Shown: positions 11,101-25,900 of the stretch, piece by piece
How the letters are laid out: each line of letters opens with the position of its first letter
How positions within the stretch are numbered: the stretch's first letter is position 1
NCBI RefSeq assembly: GCF_018350175.1
Contig: NC_058368.1
Span: 33,544,001-33,608,000, forward strand
From: Felis catus
Taxonomy: Eukaryota
DNA length: 64,000 nucleotides
Direction of reading: 5' to 3'
Position numbers and translations under genes: made by a program
The notes under the pieces: model-generated
Databases searched by the model: none
What the model saw: the letters and a program-made list of their open reading frames with translations, nothing else
What the model was told of the DNA's origin: nothing

Positions 11101-13634
11101 ACTATAGATACATGTGGAAGTAAATTAGTTTCAGTGTACAAATTAGAGTTATATAGTTCATATTTGAAGTAAACTTAAGAGAAGATATATACTCAAGGCA
11201 TTTTTAGTTAGCATTGAAAGACTTGAATCAGTGATATTTCAACTATCTTTATCTCTGACCAGCAGTATAGAATTTCTTAATTAACATAATTCACATTATA
11301 CATTTTTTCTCAATTTAAATGGTGTTCAAGCCATGTGGTTTGAAGGAAAATATTGCTCAAGCACCCTTATCTTCCATGGATAATATTTAAAAGCTCTAAG
11401 AATCAGAAGCTGGCCCTTCAGAATGATGCCCTGGGCCTAGACCCCCATCCAGTCCTAAATGTTTAGCTTACATTTTAATCTTACTGCATGAAAATCTTCT
11501 TACTGGCTACAGTCTGCCTGTAGGATATTGTCATAATAATCTCAAACCTTCCATACAAGGTTCTTTTCAGTGTGATACAGTGGCAGAGTTGGGGCTTTAT
11601 CAAATTCAAGGTTGTGTGGTAGTTTTGTTCATTTTTGCCTTCTTGCTAAATCCATATTGTTCTGTGTCAAAACCTCACTCTATATTTGCTTCCAGTTGAT
11701 AGCAGATTTAAGTAGGGGGAGAGAAAATATTTTTACCCTTCACTTGTCTTTATTTAATTTTATTGATATCTGACCAAAGAAAGTAATAAATGTAATTATC
11801 AAAATTGGCTTAACTCAGTTTGCATTAGTCTCAGACCATAAATGTGATTTATTTCCTTGTTATTCCCTTCATATTTTAGTGCTGTAAAGTTTCCAGGTCT
11901 TTGTTAGTCAATTCTCCTACAGTCTTGCCTTACTATTATAACAATATATTTTTGTTAGAGAAGCTTTCTTTAAATGATCCAGTTACAGCTTATTACTTTT
12001 TTTCTAAAATAACAAAGACTTGCTTCCCTCATTGTTTCAGAGCTATATACTCTGAAATAAAATCTAAAAGTAAACACTGGTAAAAATACTAATTCTATGT
12101 GTTATCTACGCAGCACAAGGTAGGACTATGTTATTTATTAAATTCAATGAAGGACATGGAAGGTAGGCTTCTTAATTACTTGTGACTATGACAGTGATTA
12201 AAGTATATTAGATGGAAAGTCTGTGGATGAAAAAATATGAAAGATATCTATGAAATATGTATTTGTAAACTCTAGCCTATTAATTTTTAAAGTAGAAAAA
12301 AGTATTCAACCTTAACAAGAGTCAGGTATATATCAGTATTGTCTTTTGGAAAAAGATTATTCCATCTGTTAACTTAAATATGAAGGATGTGAGTAATTAG
12401 TTCCAATGTTAGTTCAGATTCTGTGCTTTAAGAGAAAGGGGTGTTAGTAAGCCGATGTCAAGACTGCATTTGCAATGTCTAGCCAGTGCCATAGAGTCAG
12501 CTCAGTCAGTTGAAGCCTAATCTTGATAGTAATTCCTTCATTCCCAGGAAAATAAATCATACTTTTGGGAATCACACCTCATTTTCAGCCAATGTTGAGT
12601 AACTATTAGGGTTGTGTATCATTTTTTTTCAGACTGAATAAAATTTTTCTTCCTAATTAATCATCTAAATGAATGCCCAGGTTTCTTCACCTTCGGTTCT
12701 GAATATGAATCAATTTCAAATAGAAGCATAATGAGAAAGAGGGCAAATAAAGTTTTGCCTTGGAAAAAAAGTGACGTACAAAGGGTCAAAATCATCAACA
12801 CTGTCCTCATTAGGAGCATTTGCATAAATGAAGACTAAATACTTTTTAGACTAAAAGGAGAAGTTTGCTATTCCTTCCCTTAGCCTGTTTTGCTTTGTAA
12901 ATTCTAATTATTAAAAAATTATTAAATCCTCACTTATTCATATGCAGAGATAACTATTGTTAGTCTTCTAGATTACTTTCTGATTTGTGACAATTGCAAG
13001 AGTACTGATATTTGTGGTATAATTTATGGTCACCTTTCTATTTGTCTAAAAGAAATCCAAAATTAGCAACATTTATGCCCTAATCAGACTTATCATTCAC
13101 AGGATTTGATCCTGAGAAATGTCTAGTGATCTTTCCCATTTCCATCCAAAAAACTAGGACTATTAGAAAGAATTAACATTCCAAATAGTGTTACCTTGAT
13201 ATTGGATTTCAGTTCATATTTTTATTAGTATAATTTTTTCTACCATTCTTGGAAGTAAGGAAGGAAGTTTCTACTTAACATTAATGAAGATTTTGATGAA
13301 GATGAGGTTCAGACTGGTTACATCATTGTTAGTGGCAATTATAAGACCTCAACTTAGAATTTTTGTTTCCTACCTAGTATATTTTTAATTAGAATATAAT
13401 GTCTTAAACTTGATGTATTTTGGCCTAATAATTAACCTGAATCCAAATCTAAGAGAACTTATAAAAAACTGTCATTATTGAACATCCATTAAGGCCAAAC
13501 ACTCTTTATGAAGTATACTTCATCCTATTGATAATTGATCAAATTGTTACTGCTAACTGCATTTTGCAATAAGCATATATATTTATTCTTCCAGAGATTA
13601 CTCAAATATTTTTTTCCTTAAACTTAAAAATATC

Positions 13635-14240
13635 AATTTCAATGTGAAAATGGAAAAACTAAAGTTTAGAAAAGTTGTGACTCACCCAAGTTTACATGGC
13701 TGGGAGGTTGTAGCATTACAACATGAGTGGTTTTCCAGATTTTAGAACTTATGTGTATAATGAAAACAACAATGGTGATGCTATGGTAGTTTAATGAATC
13801 CAGTGACTATGAGACAATGATACCAGTGACATTAAAAAATGTTGCCAATTTGGAGGATGTTGATGAACAGACAAATTAGGTGGTATTAGAAGGGATGATG
13901 CTTGTTCAGATATATTTTGGATTTGGTGGTCACTTTGTCTACATTGAAACATGAGCTTGGCCACCTGTCTTCTTTCTGACCATGAAGAAATTACTGAAGC
14001 CTTAATTTTCTTAGTTTAAAAATGGGTAAAGTAACAATAGCTCATGGGATGTTGCTGTCAGGGTTTGCGTAGGTTAACTCATGTAATCTTACCACTACCC
14101 AATGAGGCAATTTTACAAATGGTGAGAAAAGGAAATCTTGAGAAATTTAGTTAATAAATTTGGTCATTCCGCCACAGCAAGTATGTGAACAAATTTGGAT
14201 TTATACCTGACACAAAGTTCATGTTCTTTCAACTGGGCCA
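13635..14240. mobile_element. Cluster of diverged MIR fragments in both orientations
   Basis: MIR core-like motifs: ATGGAAAAACTAAAGTTTAGAAAAGTTGTGACTCACCCAAG (-), CCTTAATTTTCTTAGTTTAAAAATGGGTAAAG...CTCATGGGATGTTG (+), ATTTTACAAATGG (-). Confidence 0.6.
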
Positions 14241-17200
14241 TATGGTTTTCCTAACAGCATATTTAATAAAACACAATATCTCTAATGATACATTTGTAGA
14301 ATCTTTGAATGAAATTTCAATGCTGATCATTTTTAGCCCACTATATAAAAACAGAAATTACTCTGCCAGAAAGCAATGTGTAACCAATTCAAGTGATACT
14401 GATGGTTTTTAGAAATTGTGCACAAAAGCCTTTTCACAAAATGGTTGATTTTCCCCAATACACACATCTGGCTATCTCACAGCCTTTTTAAATAAAGAAA
14501 CATAATTTTCAGAAATGTAGGTTTACAAAGCATGGTGGTCATGAACTCTTCTCTGTATTTCAAAACTGGGCAGCTAGACACAGAGCTTCTTTGGGCGATT
14601 GGCCCAGTAAATCATGTCACAAATATAGAACTGGCTGAGAGTACTGAGTGCCAAACTAAACTCCTAATGTTCTATTTCAATCCAGCAGATTCTATTGTGG
14701 CTGATTTTGGAAGAAGGATAGTTTGGCTTACTGCCATATTTCTCACTCAACCCTGCATTGGAGGCAAAGAGCCAGACTTTGAGAGAAATCTGTGAGCATT
14801 TTTATTCCTTTCTTCTATATAATTACATATATTAATTGAACCCCACTGATAGTTGGGAAAACAATTCAACAATGGGATCCTACTGTCTTTTGACTATGTG
14901 AGGTCAAGATGGAAACTGGTTCACATTTTGAATAATTTATGGCCAATTGATTTTAATAATCTATGGGGAATATGATTGAGGAGGCAACTGGTTCCCTAAA
15001 TTTAAGTGGGAAGCAACACAACTAAAAAGGCAATAGTAGCAAATTGTCCTCAAAATAGTGTACAACAGGACCAGAAATTCCAAAAGTAACTAAAAGTTTA
15101 TCTACACGTAGCCCTTAGGTCTAAATGTAAAAGTAGAGCCTAAACTGAAGTAGATGCATTGGTAGTTGGTGGCATAGTCAAACAGAAATGTGATGCGAAA
15201 ACACAAATACCTGCACGGTCAGCATAGATGTAATAATTCATTTTGAGTACGTGTATAGAATCATGTACAGATACAGTTTGCTTAGGTCACATCTCTAATT
15301 TACCATTGTCTCTAAATTTAATAATTACAGCACACCAAAATAAAGTAGAACCAACGCATAAGCAAAAGTTTAATTATTCTAATGTCTTATCACTCACTTT
15401 TTAATCGCTCTCAATTTGTGTTTCAAATTACATAACTGAAAAGTATCTTTCAGCTTTTACAAATGGAATCATGTTATAAAGAGTGATATTTTTCTTATTA
15501 CCAAAGCTATGTTTTGCTGAATTTTAGATTATTTCAAAGGTGATGAAGGATTGAGGAACTGGAAAAGTAGTATCATCAGACAACTATAGGACTGAAGGGG
15601 ATGACATTATTAGGATGATCCTATATTGTTCATAAAAGCCAAGGATATCCTCAGAAATTTCCAGAAATACACATGAATCTAGAAATAAGTACCATCATCT
15701 TTAGATCGTTTGATGTATTTAATAATTTCAAATTATGAGAAAATATAGTTGTATCAAAAGGATTTGAATTTAGTTCAATTTTTTTATCAAATAAATGATA
15801 TTAACATCCATTGCAAACAATATGCCCATTTAAAGATAATATTTAAAATATACGTCCTATTACTTGTGGCCAACAGGGATAGCTTTCCCAAACCTAGTCT
15901 ATTGTGTAAGTTTGTGTATGTAGTTGCTGACTTTTTTGCTGTTAAGTTTAACTAGGGTGGCTTAATTTAAATTAAACATTTAAATCTCAAGCACTTCTTT
16001 TATACCTACCTACATACTTATTTATTTATCATTTTCTATTCATAAGGTTAGTTTTCAACTTGAACCAGACTCCTAAAACTCAGGTAATTTTTTTTCCTGA
16101 AAATTCTTCTTTTTATTATTTTGAATTAAAAAAAAAATCAAGACTTCTCTATTCAATTAAGCCTCATGTGTTATGTAAGGCTGCTTTACTTACTTATATA
16201 TTTTGTGATGATTTTATCCAGGCTTGATAACTGACAAGAAAAAGAGAAATCAAGGTATTCCAAAAATCTAAGTGGGTTCAGGACTGATATACAGCAGAGG
16301 TTGACGGTGAAGGTTTTTTATTGTTGTTGTTGAGCAATGAGTATATGCTAACACTGATTTTTAAAAAAAAGTAATCAAGGGTATTGAAATATAGTTTACT
16401 TCCTTCATGTGAGTCACCCTGAAAGGGAAAAAGAATATTCTATTTGGAATAAGGGGTTTTGGATATGGTGGCATCTGAAGTATTCTGGCATTTAGCTGGA
16501 ATTAACAAGTAGAAGGAGATTAACAGCAAAAGTATGAGTTTCCAGAAGAACTTATTGAGGAAACTGGGTAATTTCCAAAAGATACTTTGGGGGAGACTAA
16601 GCAAGTATATGGAAATAACAAGTATATTTAGGAAGCCTTAATTTTAGCAGCAAAGGGATCAAAGTTCTTAAAAGCCAATCAGGGAGTAATAGAAAAATTT
16701 ACTATTTATGGACAAGAGGTTTTGAGTATTGAGGGAATTATGATTTATGTTGAAGAAAAACAGTTGTGACAAATGACTAGAAATGATACATCACCAGATA
16801 AATTGTTCCTTTAAACATCACTATTAGGTGATGTGTAATTATGATTCTACTTTTACATCATGATATACCAGATGAAGTATGACAAATATATCCTTTTTTT
16901 ATCAACCTTCACCTAATATTAATGAGCTACAATTTTATAAATATCCAGCTCCAGCTTGCTATTGTAAGAAAAAAAATAGAGTTGCAAAGGTTAAAGATGT
17001 GTTTAAAATATGAATAAGGAGAATTTCCTACTAGCAAATATATTTTATAGTAATTTCTTCAAGAAATAATAAAAACATTATATAAAAATTTTCAAAGTAG
17101 CAACGAGCTATGCTAATGGCCAGCACACTGAACAAAGTACAGAACTGGTGAAGAAAAGAGGGACAATATAATAATCTTTAATTTCATTGTTCATTTTACT

Positions 17201-18788
17201 TTGTTTGTAAGGATTCAATAACTCATACATTTAAATGCTAACATGTTATAAAACAGACCTAATATTTTTAAAGCTTTCCCTTAAAAGAATTATCCCACCT
17301 TTAAATTATAAAGGATGAGAGGAGATTCTACATTCATTTAAAATTATACATCTGAAACATCACACGATATTGCATTTATTTTCATCCATGTCATCATTAT
17401 TCTCTCTTGGAGTCTTTCATTTTCTATATATTTTGGTTTGGTTAATTGGCAGTTTACCAACTGTCTGCATTCTACGCTTTCACCCGCTCTATAAACACCC
17501 CTATTTGGAGATAGCATCACATAATGTTCACTTACAAATGTCATAAAATAAATGGCTACATTGTGCATTGCAAGGAGCATACATGGGGTTTAGTGGTTTT
17601 AAAGCCAAAGTTATTTGTGCTCCCCATGCTGTGCAAAGGGATGTTTCAAAATCTGAGAAAAGAGCTTACTTAAAAAAAAAAGATAAAATTCTTAAATGAT
17701 GGTACTGGTTTTTATGGATTCTTGAAAAGAATGGTATGACATGCTTGTAAATGTTTCTGAGGCAAATATGAGGAGGTCTGTACCTAAAGTATAAAACTGA
17801 GGAATAAGCTTTTTCTAGCCTATCAAACCCAAGATTCTACAGAATATATAAATCTCATGTGCAATATATAACCTGTTTTTCATCCAAGCAAAGTAAGCCC
17901 CTGATTCTTTCTAGTTCAGATGCCATTTATATCTACTAAACAAATAGTTGGGAGGAGGGGTATGGAAGAGAATCTTAAGGCTCAGAATACGGACAAAATA
18001 GATTGCGTTATATATTCTGATGACAAAAGTGTTGTCTCTTGCATGCTTATTTCTTTATAAAATTGTTTTTAATAGTATATTCTTGTAACCATCTTAGGTG
18101 ATTATCAGTGTCAAATACGTTGCTTTTGAATTTTATTGAACTAGCTGTAAGTCAGAAAAACAAAAGAGCTTATTATGCTTTTCTATTATAAATACACAAT
18201 CTATAATAGACTAACGGGTAAAAATGAGCTATCATTTTATATTTTACAGCATCTCAGTCTTGGTGTAGTTTGAGTATTCTCTTCATACTTTCTGGATTAG
18301 TGGCTTTATTTTGCATACTGTAGAGACAGTTAAAATACCAACTACCTTTATCTTTTTTCTATCTGCACATCACTGACATAATTTACCTGTACCTATTACT
18401 ATTTTCTTACTCTCATCCCTAAGGCACAGAATGGGGAGAAATAGTACAAGAAAAATTTTTATTTCTGTAATCTGTGTGTATATTTTAACATACGAAATAT
18501 ACGTGATTGTTCAGTAGTATCAGGGACTGAAATTTCACTTTTGTTTTCCTTTTCTTGCTCAGAAAATACTTAATATTTGGGACAGGTGTCTATTATGGCC
18601 CAAAATCTTTGTATAATAAAACTGGTAGCAAAATATTATTTCATATATGGAGATAATATACATGTCCATGCCAACATTTTTGTTTGTGCATGATGTAGTT
18701 AGCATATGTTTGTGTTCATTTTTTCTTCAACTTTATAGTATCACACACACAAAATCCTGGTTTAACAGGGAAGACAAATGCAAACATA

Positions 18789-19221
18789 GAGTCATACCTT
18801 GTATTACTAAGTTTGGCTTTATTGTGTTTCACAGATACTGCATTTTTTACAAATTGAATGTTTGTGACAACTCTGCACTGAACAAGTCTATCAGTGCCAT
18901 TTTTCCAACAGTATTTGCTCATTTAATTTTGTGTGGCGCAATTTGATAATTATCACAATATTTCAAACTTTTCATTATTATATTTGTTATGTTGATCTGT
19001 GATTATGACTCACTGAAAGATCAGAGAATGATTAACATTTTTTAGCAAACAGTATTTTTAAATTGAGGTATGTAAATTTTTTGACAATACTATTGAACAC
19101 TTAATAGACTGAAGTAGGGTATAAACATAACTTTCTAAACACTGGCAACCAAAAAAATTATTTGACCCATTTTACTGCAGCAGTCTGGAACTAAGCCCAC
19201 ACTATCTCTAAGGTATGCCTG
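18789..19221 (+). mobile_element. Non-autonomous, internally deleted Tigger1 derivative (Tigger1a_Car-like, TcMar DNA transposon)
   Basis: Tigger1 left end (GAGTCATACCT...CAGATACTGCATTTTTTACAAATTGAA) joined directly to the right end (...AGGTATGCCTG); TA on both sides; no transposase. Confidence 0.9.
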
Positions 19222-19971
19222 TAATATATAGTGAATGCAATACTGATTTTAGAGAAGCTTCTAAATTTCCTAGAGTAGTCAGGAAAGAAAAGGAAGGAAA
19301 AATTGATGAATTGTTGAGAATCTACAGAATATGTTGTTTTATAATGTCCAATTACTATTATCAGTATTATATAAGTGAAAGTGACAAAAGAGAATGATAT
19401 TGATTCATTTATCATTTCATTTTTAAAAACACTTTATTTAAAAAAAATATCCTTTTTAGGAGAATTCCAGGGAAGATGGCAGAGTAGAAGGATCTTAAGT
19501 TTATCATATCCCATGGATACACCAAGGTCTCACCCATATCAGTGTAAATAACCCAGAAAATGACCCACCCAAGACTGACAGAACTGACTCCTACAGTTAA
19601 TGTAGAGAAGTGGCCACATAGAAAAGGGTAGGAAGGTTGGAAATGTGGTCAGGAGCCAAACGGACCTGTGAGTCTGTGGGAAGAAGGGAGAGGGAGGAAC
19701 ATGGAAAGCACAGAGAAGGGAGAAGAGCAGAGCTCATATCAGGCATTCTAAGCATCAGGAATCCACACCAGGAAGACAAATCCCTATAACATTTGGCTTT
19801 GAAAAACAGAGGGGCTTAACTTTGTGGGTTGTTACAATCATTGGACTTCACACCTGAAACTTTAAAAATCAGTGGACTAGGCTTGGAAAGAGTCAAAGGG
19901 TGATAGGAAATTGAGTCCCTGCCCTTACACAGGCAGCAAAACAAATGACCCTAGATTCAGCCTAGAAGCAG

Positions 19972-20724
19972 TGTGGGTGATAAGCTTAGGAATCCCTCCA
20001 GCTTACACCAATACGTTAACAAGGCATAAAGAAATACAAAGCCATAAAATGCTCACACCTCAGTTTGGGTAAACCAGATTGGCACCCGAGAATAGGGAGG
20101 TGTAAAGGCCCCCAGAATAGAGAGAGGCAAAGACTTAAAATAGGAACGGCACAAAGGTGCCCAATACATAGGTGTATGAAATGAATAAGATTAGATATTC
20201 AGGGTGGAAGCACCCCCAATTTAGTATTATAGCAGTAAAGCTGCTTTCACAGGAATAGGGCCAAGTTAGGTAAATTGGGGAATTGGACTATGGACTCCTG
20301 TGCTGCAGGCAAGCAGCCAAGAGCAGAGACAGTTAACAAAAGAAAAGGTGGCTTATTAACCCTGAGGTTATTTCCCCTGTCTCATCACCTAGGTTAGCTA
20401 AGTTAAACAGTCAAGGCGCCTCCTGTCTGCCGTTAACAAACATCTACCCATCTGCCCGGCACCAGGATTTTGTTTTATATTCACCCAAACCCCAACTATC
20501 TTCAAAACCCCCCTTTTCCCTCATGTCACCAAGTTAATGTTCACAGTTTGTCTCCTTGTGCACACCCATCATGTTTGTAAGCCTTCTGATCTGAACAAAT
20601 ACAGGGCAAGGACGCTTATTCGGGGCTCTTGTCTTTTCCAGGACATGACCCATCTCTCACTTGCAATCCTGCATCCTGCTCTCTTGCTAGACAAGAGAGA
20701 ACTTTAGACCCAGAGTCTACCACA
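19972..20724 (+). mobile_element. Solo LTR, probably class II (ERVK/betaretrovirus-like), inserted in the L1 5' UTR
   Basis: TGTGG...CCACA termini; exact 6-bp TSD AAGCAG at 19966-19971 and 20725-20730; L1 5' UTR is contiguous across it when compared with the L1 at 1-2390. Strand is tentative. Confidence 0.85.
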
Positions 20725-22703
20725 AAGCAGTAATTTGAAAAATGCCTGAGGCATATGGGAAAGAGATTTACTTACTAATGGCAGAACTAATGCTGCAAGG
20801 GCAGGGATCTTCAAGAGACTTCTCCAAGAGAAGAAGAGTGGATGAGTGACATTTCCCTCCCTGATTCCCCAGCTTTGATATGTGCACACCTGTGGGAACC
20901 AGTATAAAGAATGTCCACTTGGCTGGCTAACAGTGTGCCCTGTCCATGTGCTCTTCTGCAGACCCTCCCTCTCTAAACTGCCCCTCAGCAGGAGTTCTCT
21001 AAAGCTGCTACAGATCCCCTCCCACAAGCAGAACAGCACAAACCTTGCTAACACTATGTACCTAAACCTGCCCTCTCTTGCTGACTGCCCCTGACATCCT
21101 GCTTTTGGCAGTAGTCCATTCAAAGTGATGCTATAAGCTTGGCAGTGTGCAAGCAGCCCTAATATGGGCCAGCACCACTTTGAAGTGACTCCATTGCCCT
21201 GGGGAGAAAGGAAAATAACCACACACAGCAGCTGACTATGGCTCAGGAATAGGCTGGGGGCAGGCATCTATATGACTGCATGCCCCACCCCCTAATGGAA
21301 GATTCTCAGGGAACAACACAGGGAGCGTACCTTGCAGTTCTATGTGACCACAACTATAGTAATTACTTGATCTGTCCCACTTCAAGCCCAACGTGGCCCA
21401 GACTAGCCCATTAATAATACAGGGACAAAACCCTGCCCACAACAGGCAGAGAGTTATTGGACATGACTGGACCAAAGACAAACAGAGGTTAGCCCCAACT
21501 GTAGGGGACACACAACATACCTCAGAGACATCCCTCAAGTGCCAGGTTCTGTTGAACAGGGGACATTGCACTGCAGAGCAAAAGGACCTCTTCTGCATAA
21601 GGCCACTACTTCCAAGAGCAAAAGATATAGTTGAGTTTCCTAACACATAGACACAAAGAGTAAGACAAAATGAGGAGACATAGGAATATATGCCAAATGA
21701 AAGAATAGGACAAAATCACAGCAAGAGAAGTGAACAGAATGGAAATGAGTAATATGCCTGATAGAGAATTTAAAGTAATGGTCATAAAGATACTCACTGG
21801 ACTTGGAAGAAGAGTGGAGGAGCTAAGTGAGACCCTCAACAAAGAGGTAAAGAACCAAGCATAGGTAAAGAACTCAACAACTAAAATTAAAAATATACTG
21901 GAGGGAAATAAATAATGGACTAGAGGAAGCAGAAGAATGGATCAATGACCTGGAGGACAGAGTAAGAGAAGGAAATCAAGCTGAACAGGAAAAAGGAAAA
22001 AAAAAGAATAATAAAATATGAGAATAGATTAAGGGAAGTCATGGACACAATAAAGCATAATAACATTCACATTATAAGGATCCCAGAAGAAGAGAGCAAA
22101 AAGGAAGAAGAAAATTAATTTGAAGAAATAATGGCTCAAAGTTTCCCAAATCTGGAAAAGGAAACAGAAATTCAGATTCAGGAAGCATAGCCCCCAATAA
22201 AATCAACCCAATCAAGTCCACATCAAGACACATAGTAATTAAAATGGCATGATAATGAGATGAAGAGAAAAATTGAAAACCAGCAAGAAAAATGAGATAG
22301 TCTTACAGGGTTTCCCTTGTATATAACTACCAGCTGATTTTTCAGCAGAAACTTTTTAGGTCAGAGTGACAGGATATATTAAAAGTGCTGAAAGAAAAAA
22401 AATCTTCAGCCTAGAATACTCTATCCAGCAAGGCTATAATTGAGAATAGAAAGAGAGAGAAAGAGTTTCCCAAACAAAAATTAGAGGAATTCATGACCAC
22501 TAACCCAGCTTTACAAGAAACATTAAAGGGGACTCTCTGAACGGAAAGGAAAGACCATAAACAAGAGTAAGAAAAGTAGGAAGCACAAAAACAGTAACAT
22601 TACATATATCTACAAAACTCAAAGGATACACAAAATAAAAGGATGTAAGGTATGACCCCATATACGTAACGTGTGGGTAGAAGAAGAGTAATACTATAGT
22701 GCT

Positions 22704-22927
22704 TTTATTTATTTTTATTTTTTTTAAGTTTATTTATTTTTGAGACAGAGAGAGATAGAGCATGAACGGGGGAGGGTCAGAGAGAGAGGGAGACACAGAA
22801 TCCGAAACAGGCTCCAGGTTCTGAGCTGTCAGCACAGAGCCCGACGTGGGGCTCGAACCCACGAACTGCGAGATCGTGACCTGAGCTGAAGTTGGACGCT
22901 GAGCCGACTGAGCCACCAAGGCGCCCC
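22704..22927 (-). mobile_element. Young, CpG-rich Can-SINE (SINEC_Fc) in the L1 inter-ORF region
   Basis: TSD ACTATAGTGCT (22693-22703) / ACTTTAGTGCT (22928-22938); many intact CpGs. Confidence 0.95.
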
Positions 22928-25900
22928 ACTTTAGTGCTGTTAGAATGGGTTCAAACTTAAGCAACCATCAACTTAATACACACTGTTATATGCATGTGTT
23001 AAATATAAAAATAGTAATGACATATCAAAAACAAGTAATAGATATACTTGGATTTCTTTCTCTTGTGCATATCACTAAAGAAAGCCAGCAAACTGTGACA
23101 GGAGAGAAAAAAAAGAAAGGAACAAAGAACAAGTACAAAAAACAACTGTAAAACAAGAAAATGGCAATAAGTCCATATCTATTCATAATTACTTTGAATG
23201 TAAATGGATTAAGGCTTCACTTAAAAGACAAAGGGTGATAGAATGGATAAAAAAGGAAAACCAATCTCTATGCTGCCAACGAGAAACTCATTTCAGACCT
23301 AACAACACATGAAGGTTGAAAGTGAAGGCACAGAGAAAGATTTACCATGCAAATGGAAGTGCAAATAAAGCTGTGGTAGCAATATACATATCAGACAAAA
23401 TAGACTTTAAAACAAAAGGACACTACAAAATCATGAGTGGAATAATCCAACAAGATGTAATAATTGTAAACATTTATGAACCAAACATGGAGGCACCCAA
23501 ATACACAAGACAACTATTAACAAACACAAAGGGAGTAATCAATAGTAATACAGTAATAGCAGGGGACTTAAACATCCTACTTGCATCAATGCATAGATCA
23601 TTCAAAAAGAAAATAAACCAGGAAAGAATGGCTTTAAATGACCCATTAGACAAAATGGATCTAACAAGTATATTCAGAATATCCCATCCTAAAACAGCAT
23701 AATAATACATTCATTTCAAGTGCACATTCAAGTGTACATGGGACATTCTCCGGAACAGATCACATGTTAGGCCACAAAACAATTCTAAACAAATTCAAAA
23801 AGATGGAAGTTGTACCATACATCTTTTCTGACCCCAACACTATGAAACCAGAAATCAACTGCAAGAAGAAATCTAAAAATAACACAAATACATGGAGGTT
23901 AAATAACATGTTACTAAACAATAAATGGGCCAACCAAGAAATCAAAGAAGAAAGAAAAAAAATATATAGAAAAAAATGAAAACACAACAGTCCAAAATCT
24001 CTGGAGTGTAGTAGAGGTGGTTCTAAAAGTGTGGATTATAGCAATATAGGTCTGCCTCAAGAAGCAAAAAAATGAAACAACAAAACAAAAACAACCTAAC
24101 CTTACAGCTAAATTAGCTAAAGGAAAAAGAACAAACAAAACCCCAAACCAGTGAAGGGAGGAAATAATAAAGGTTAGAGAAATAGAAACTAAAAAAATAG
24201 AGCAGATAAATGAAACCAGAAACTAGTTCTTTGAAAAGCTCAACAATATTGAGAAACCTATAGCCAGACACACAAAGAGACAGAGGGTGGTGGAGGGAGA
24301 GGGAGGACTTGAATAAATAAAATCAGAAATGAAAGAAGAGAAATAACAATTGACACCACAGAAATACAAAGGACTGTAAGAGAATACTATGAAAAATTAT
24401 ATGCCAAAAAATGGACAACATAGAAGAAATGGATAAATTCCGAGAAACACATTATCTACCAAAACTGAAGAAAGAAGAAATAGACAAGTTGAACAGACTT
24501 ATGACCATCAGTGAAATTGAATCAGTAATCAAAAAAAACTCCCAATAAACACAATTCCAGGACCAGATGCTTTCACAGATGAATTATATCAAATATTTAA
24601 AGAAGACTTAATACCCATTCTTCTCAAATTATTCCAAAATTAGAAGAGGAAGGGAAACTTCCCAATTCATTCTATGAGGCCACCATTACCCTGCTACCAA
24701 AACCAAATAAAGATGCACAGGAAAGAAACCTACATGCCAATATCTCTGATGAACACAGATGCACAAATCCTCACCAAAATATTAACAAATTGAACCCGAC
24801 AATTAAAAAAAATCATTCACCACAATCAAGTGGGATTTATTCCTGGGCTGCAAGAGTGGTTCATTATTCTCAAGTCAATCAACATAATACATTGTATCAA
24901 TAATAGGTTGGAAACCATACAATCATTTCAATAGATGCAGAGAGAATATTTGACAAAATACAACATCCATTCATGATAAAAACTCTCAACAAAGTGGAGT
25001 TAGAGGGAACCTACCTTACCATCATGATAAAGGCCATCATGAAAAACCCACAGTTAACATCATACTCAATGGGAAAAAACTGAGAGCTTTTCACCTAAGG
25101 TCAGGAATAAGACATGGATGTCCTCTCTCACCACTTTTATTCAACATAGTACCATATGTCCTAGCCACAGGAATTAGACAAGAAAAAGTCATAAAAGGCA
25201 TCAACATTAGTGAGGAAGAAGTAAAACTGTCATTATCTGCAGATGATATAATACAATATAAAGAAAACCCTAAAGACTCCACCAAACAACTGCTAGAACT
25301 GATAAATTAAATCAGTAAGGTCACAGGATACAAAATCAATGTACAGTGTATTTCTATACACTAATAATGAAGCAGCAGAAAGAGAAATTAAGAAAAATAT
25401 TCCATTTACAATTATACCAAAAATCATAAAATATCTAGAAATAAACTTAATGAAGTAGGTAAAAGACCTGTACTCTGGAAAAGTATAAAACATCAACAAA
25501 AGAAATTGAAGACAGTACAAATGAAAAGATATTCCATGCTCATAGATTGGAAGAAGAAATATTGGTGCAATGTCCACACTACTGAATGCAGTCTACAGAT
25601 TAGATGTAATGACTATCAAAAATACCAAAATTATTTTTCACAGAACTAAAATAAATATTCCTAAAACTTGTATTGAACCAGAAAAGACTCTGAATAGTCA
25701 AAGCAATCTTGGAAAGGAAAAACAAAATTGGAGATATCACAATTCTAGACATCTACATCTAGACTACTACAAAGCTGTAGTAATCTAAACAATATATTAC
25801 TGGAACAAAAATAGACACAGGTCAGTGGAACAGAATAGAAAGCCTAGAAATAATCCACAAGCTTATGGTCATTTAATCTTCAACAAAGGAGGAAAGAATA

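Noticed and set aside
20704..21646. Long minus-strand ORFs (187 aa, 136 aa), and similar + ORFs at 947-1820
   Set aside because: They are antisense readings of GC-richer L1 5' UTRs, and the frames are not maintained between the two L1 copies.
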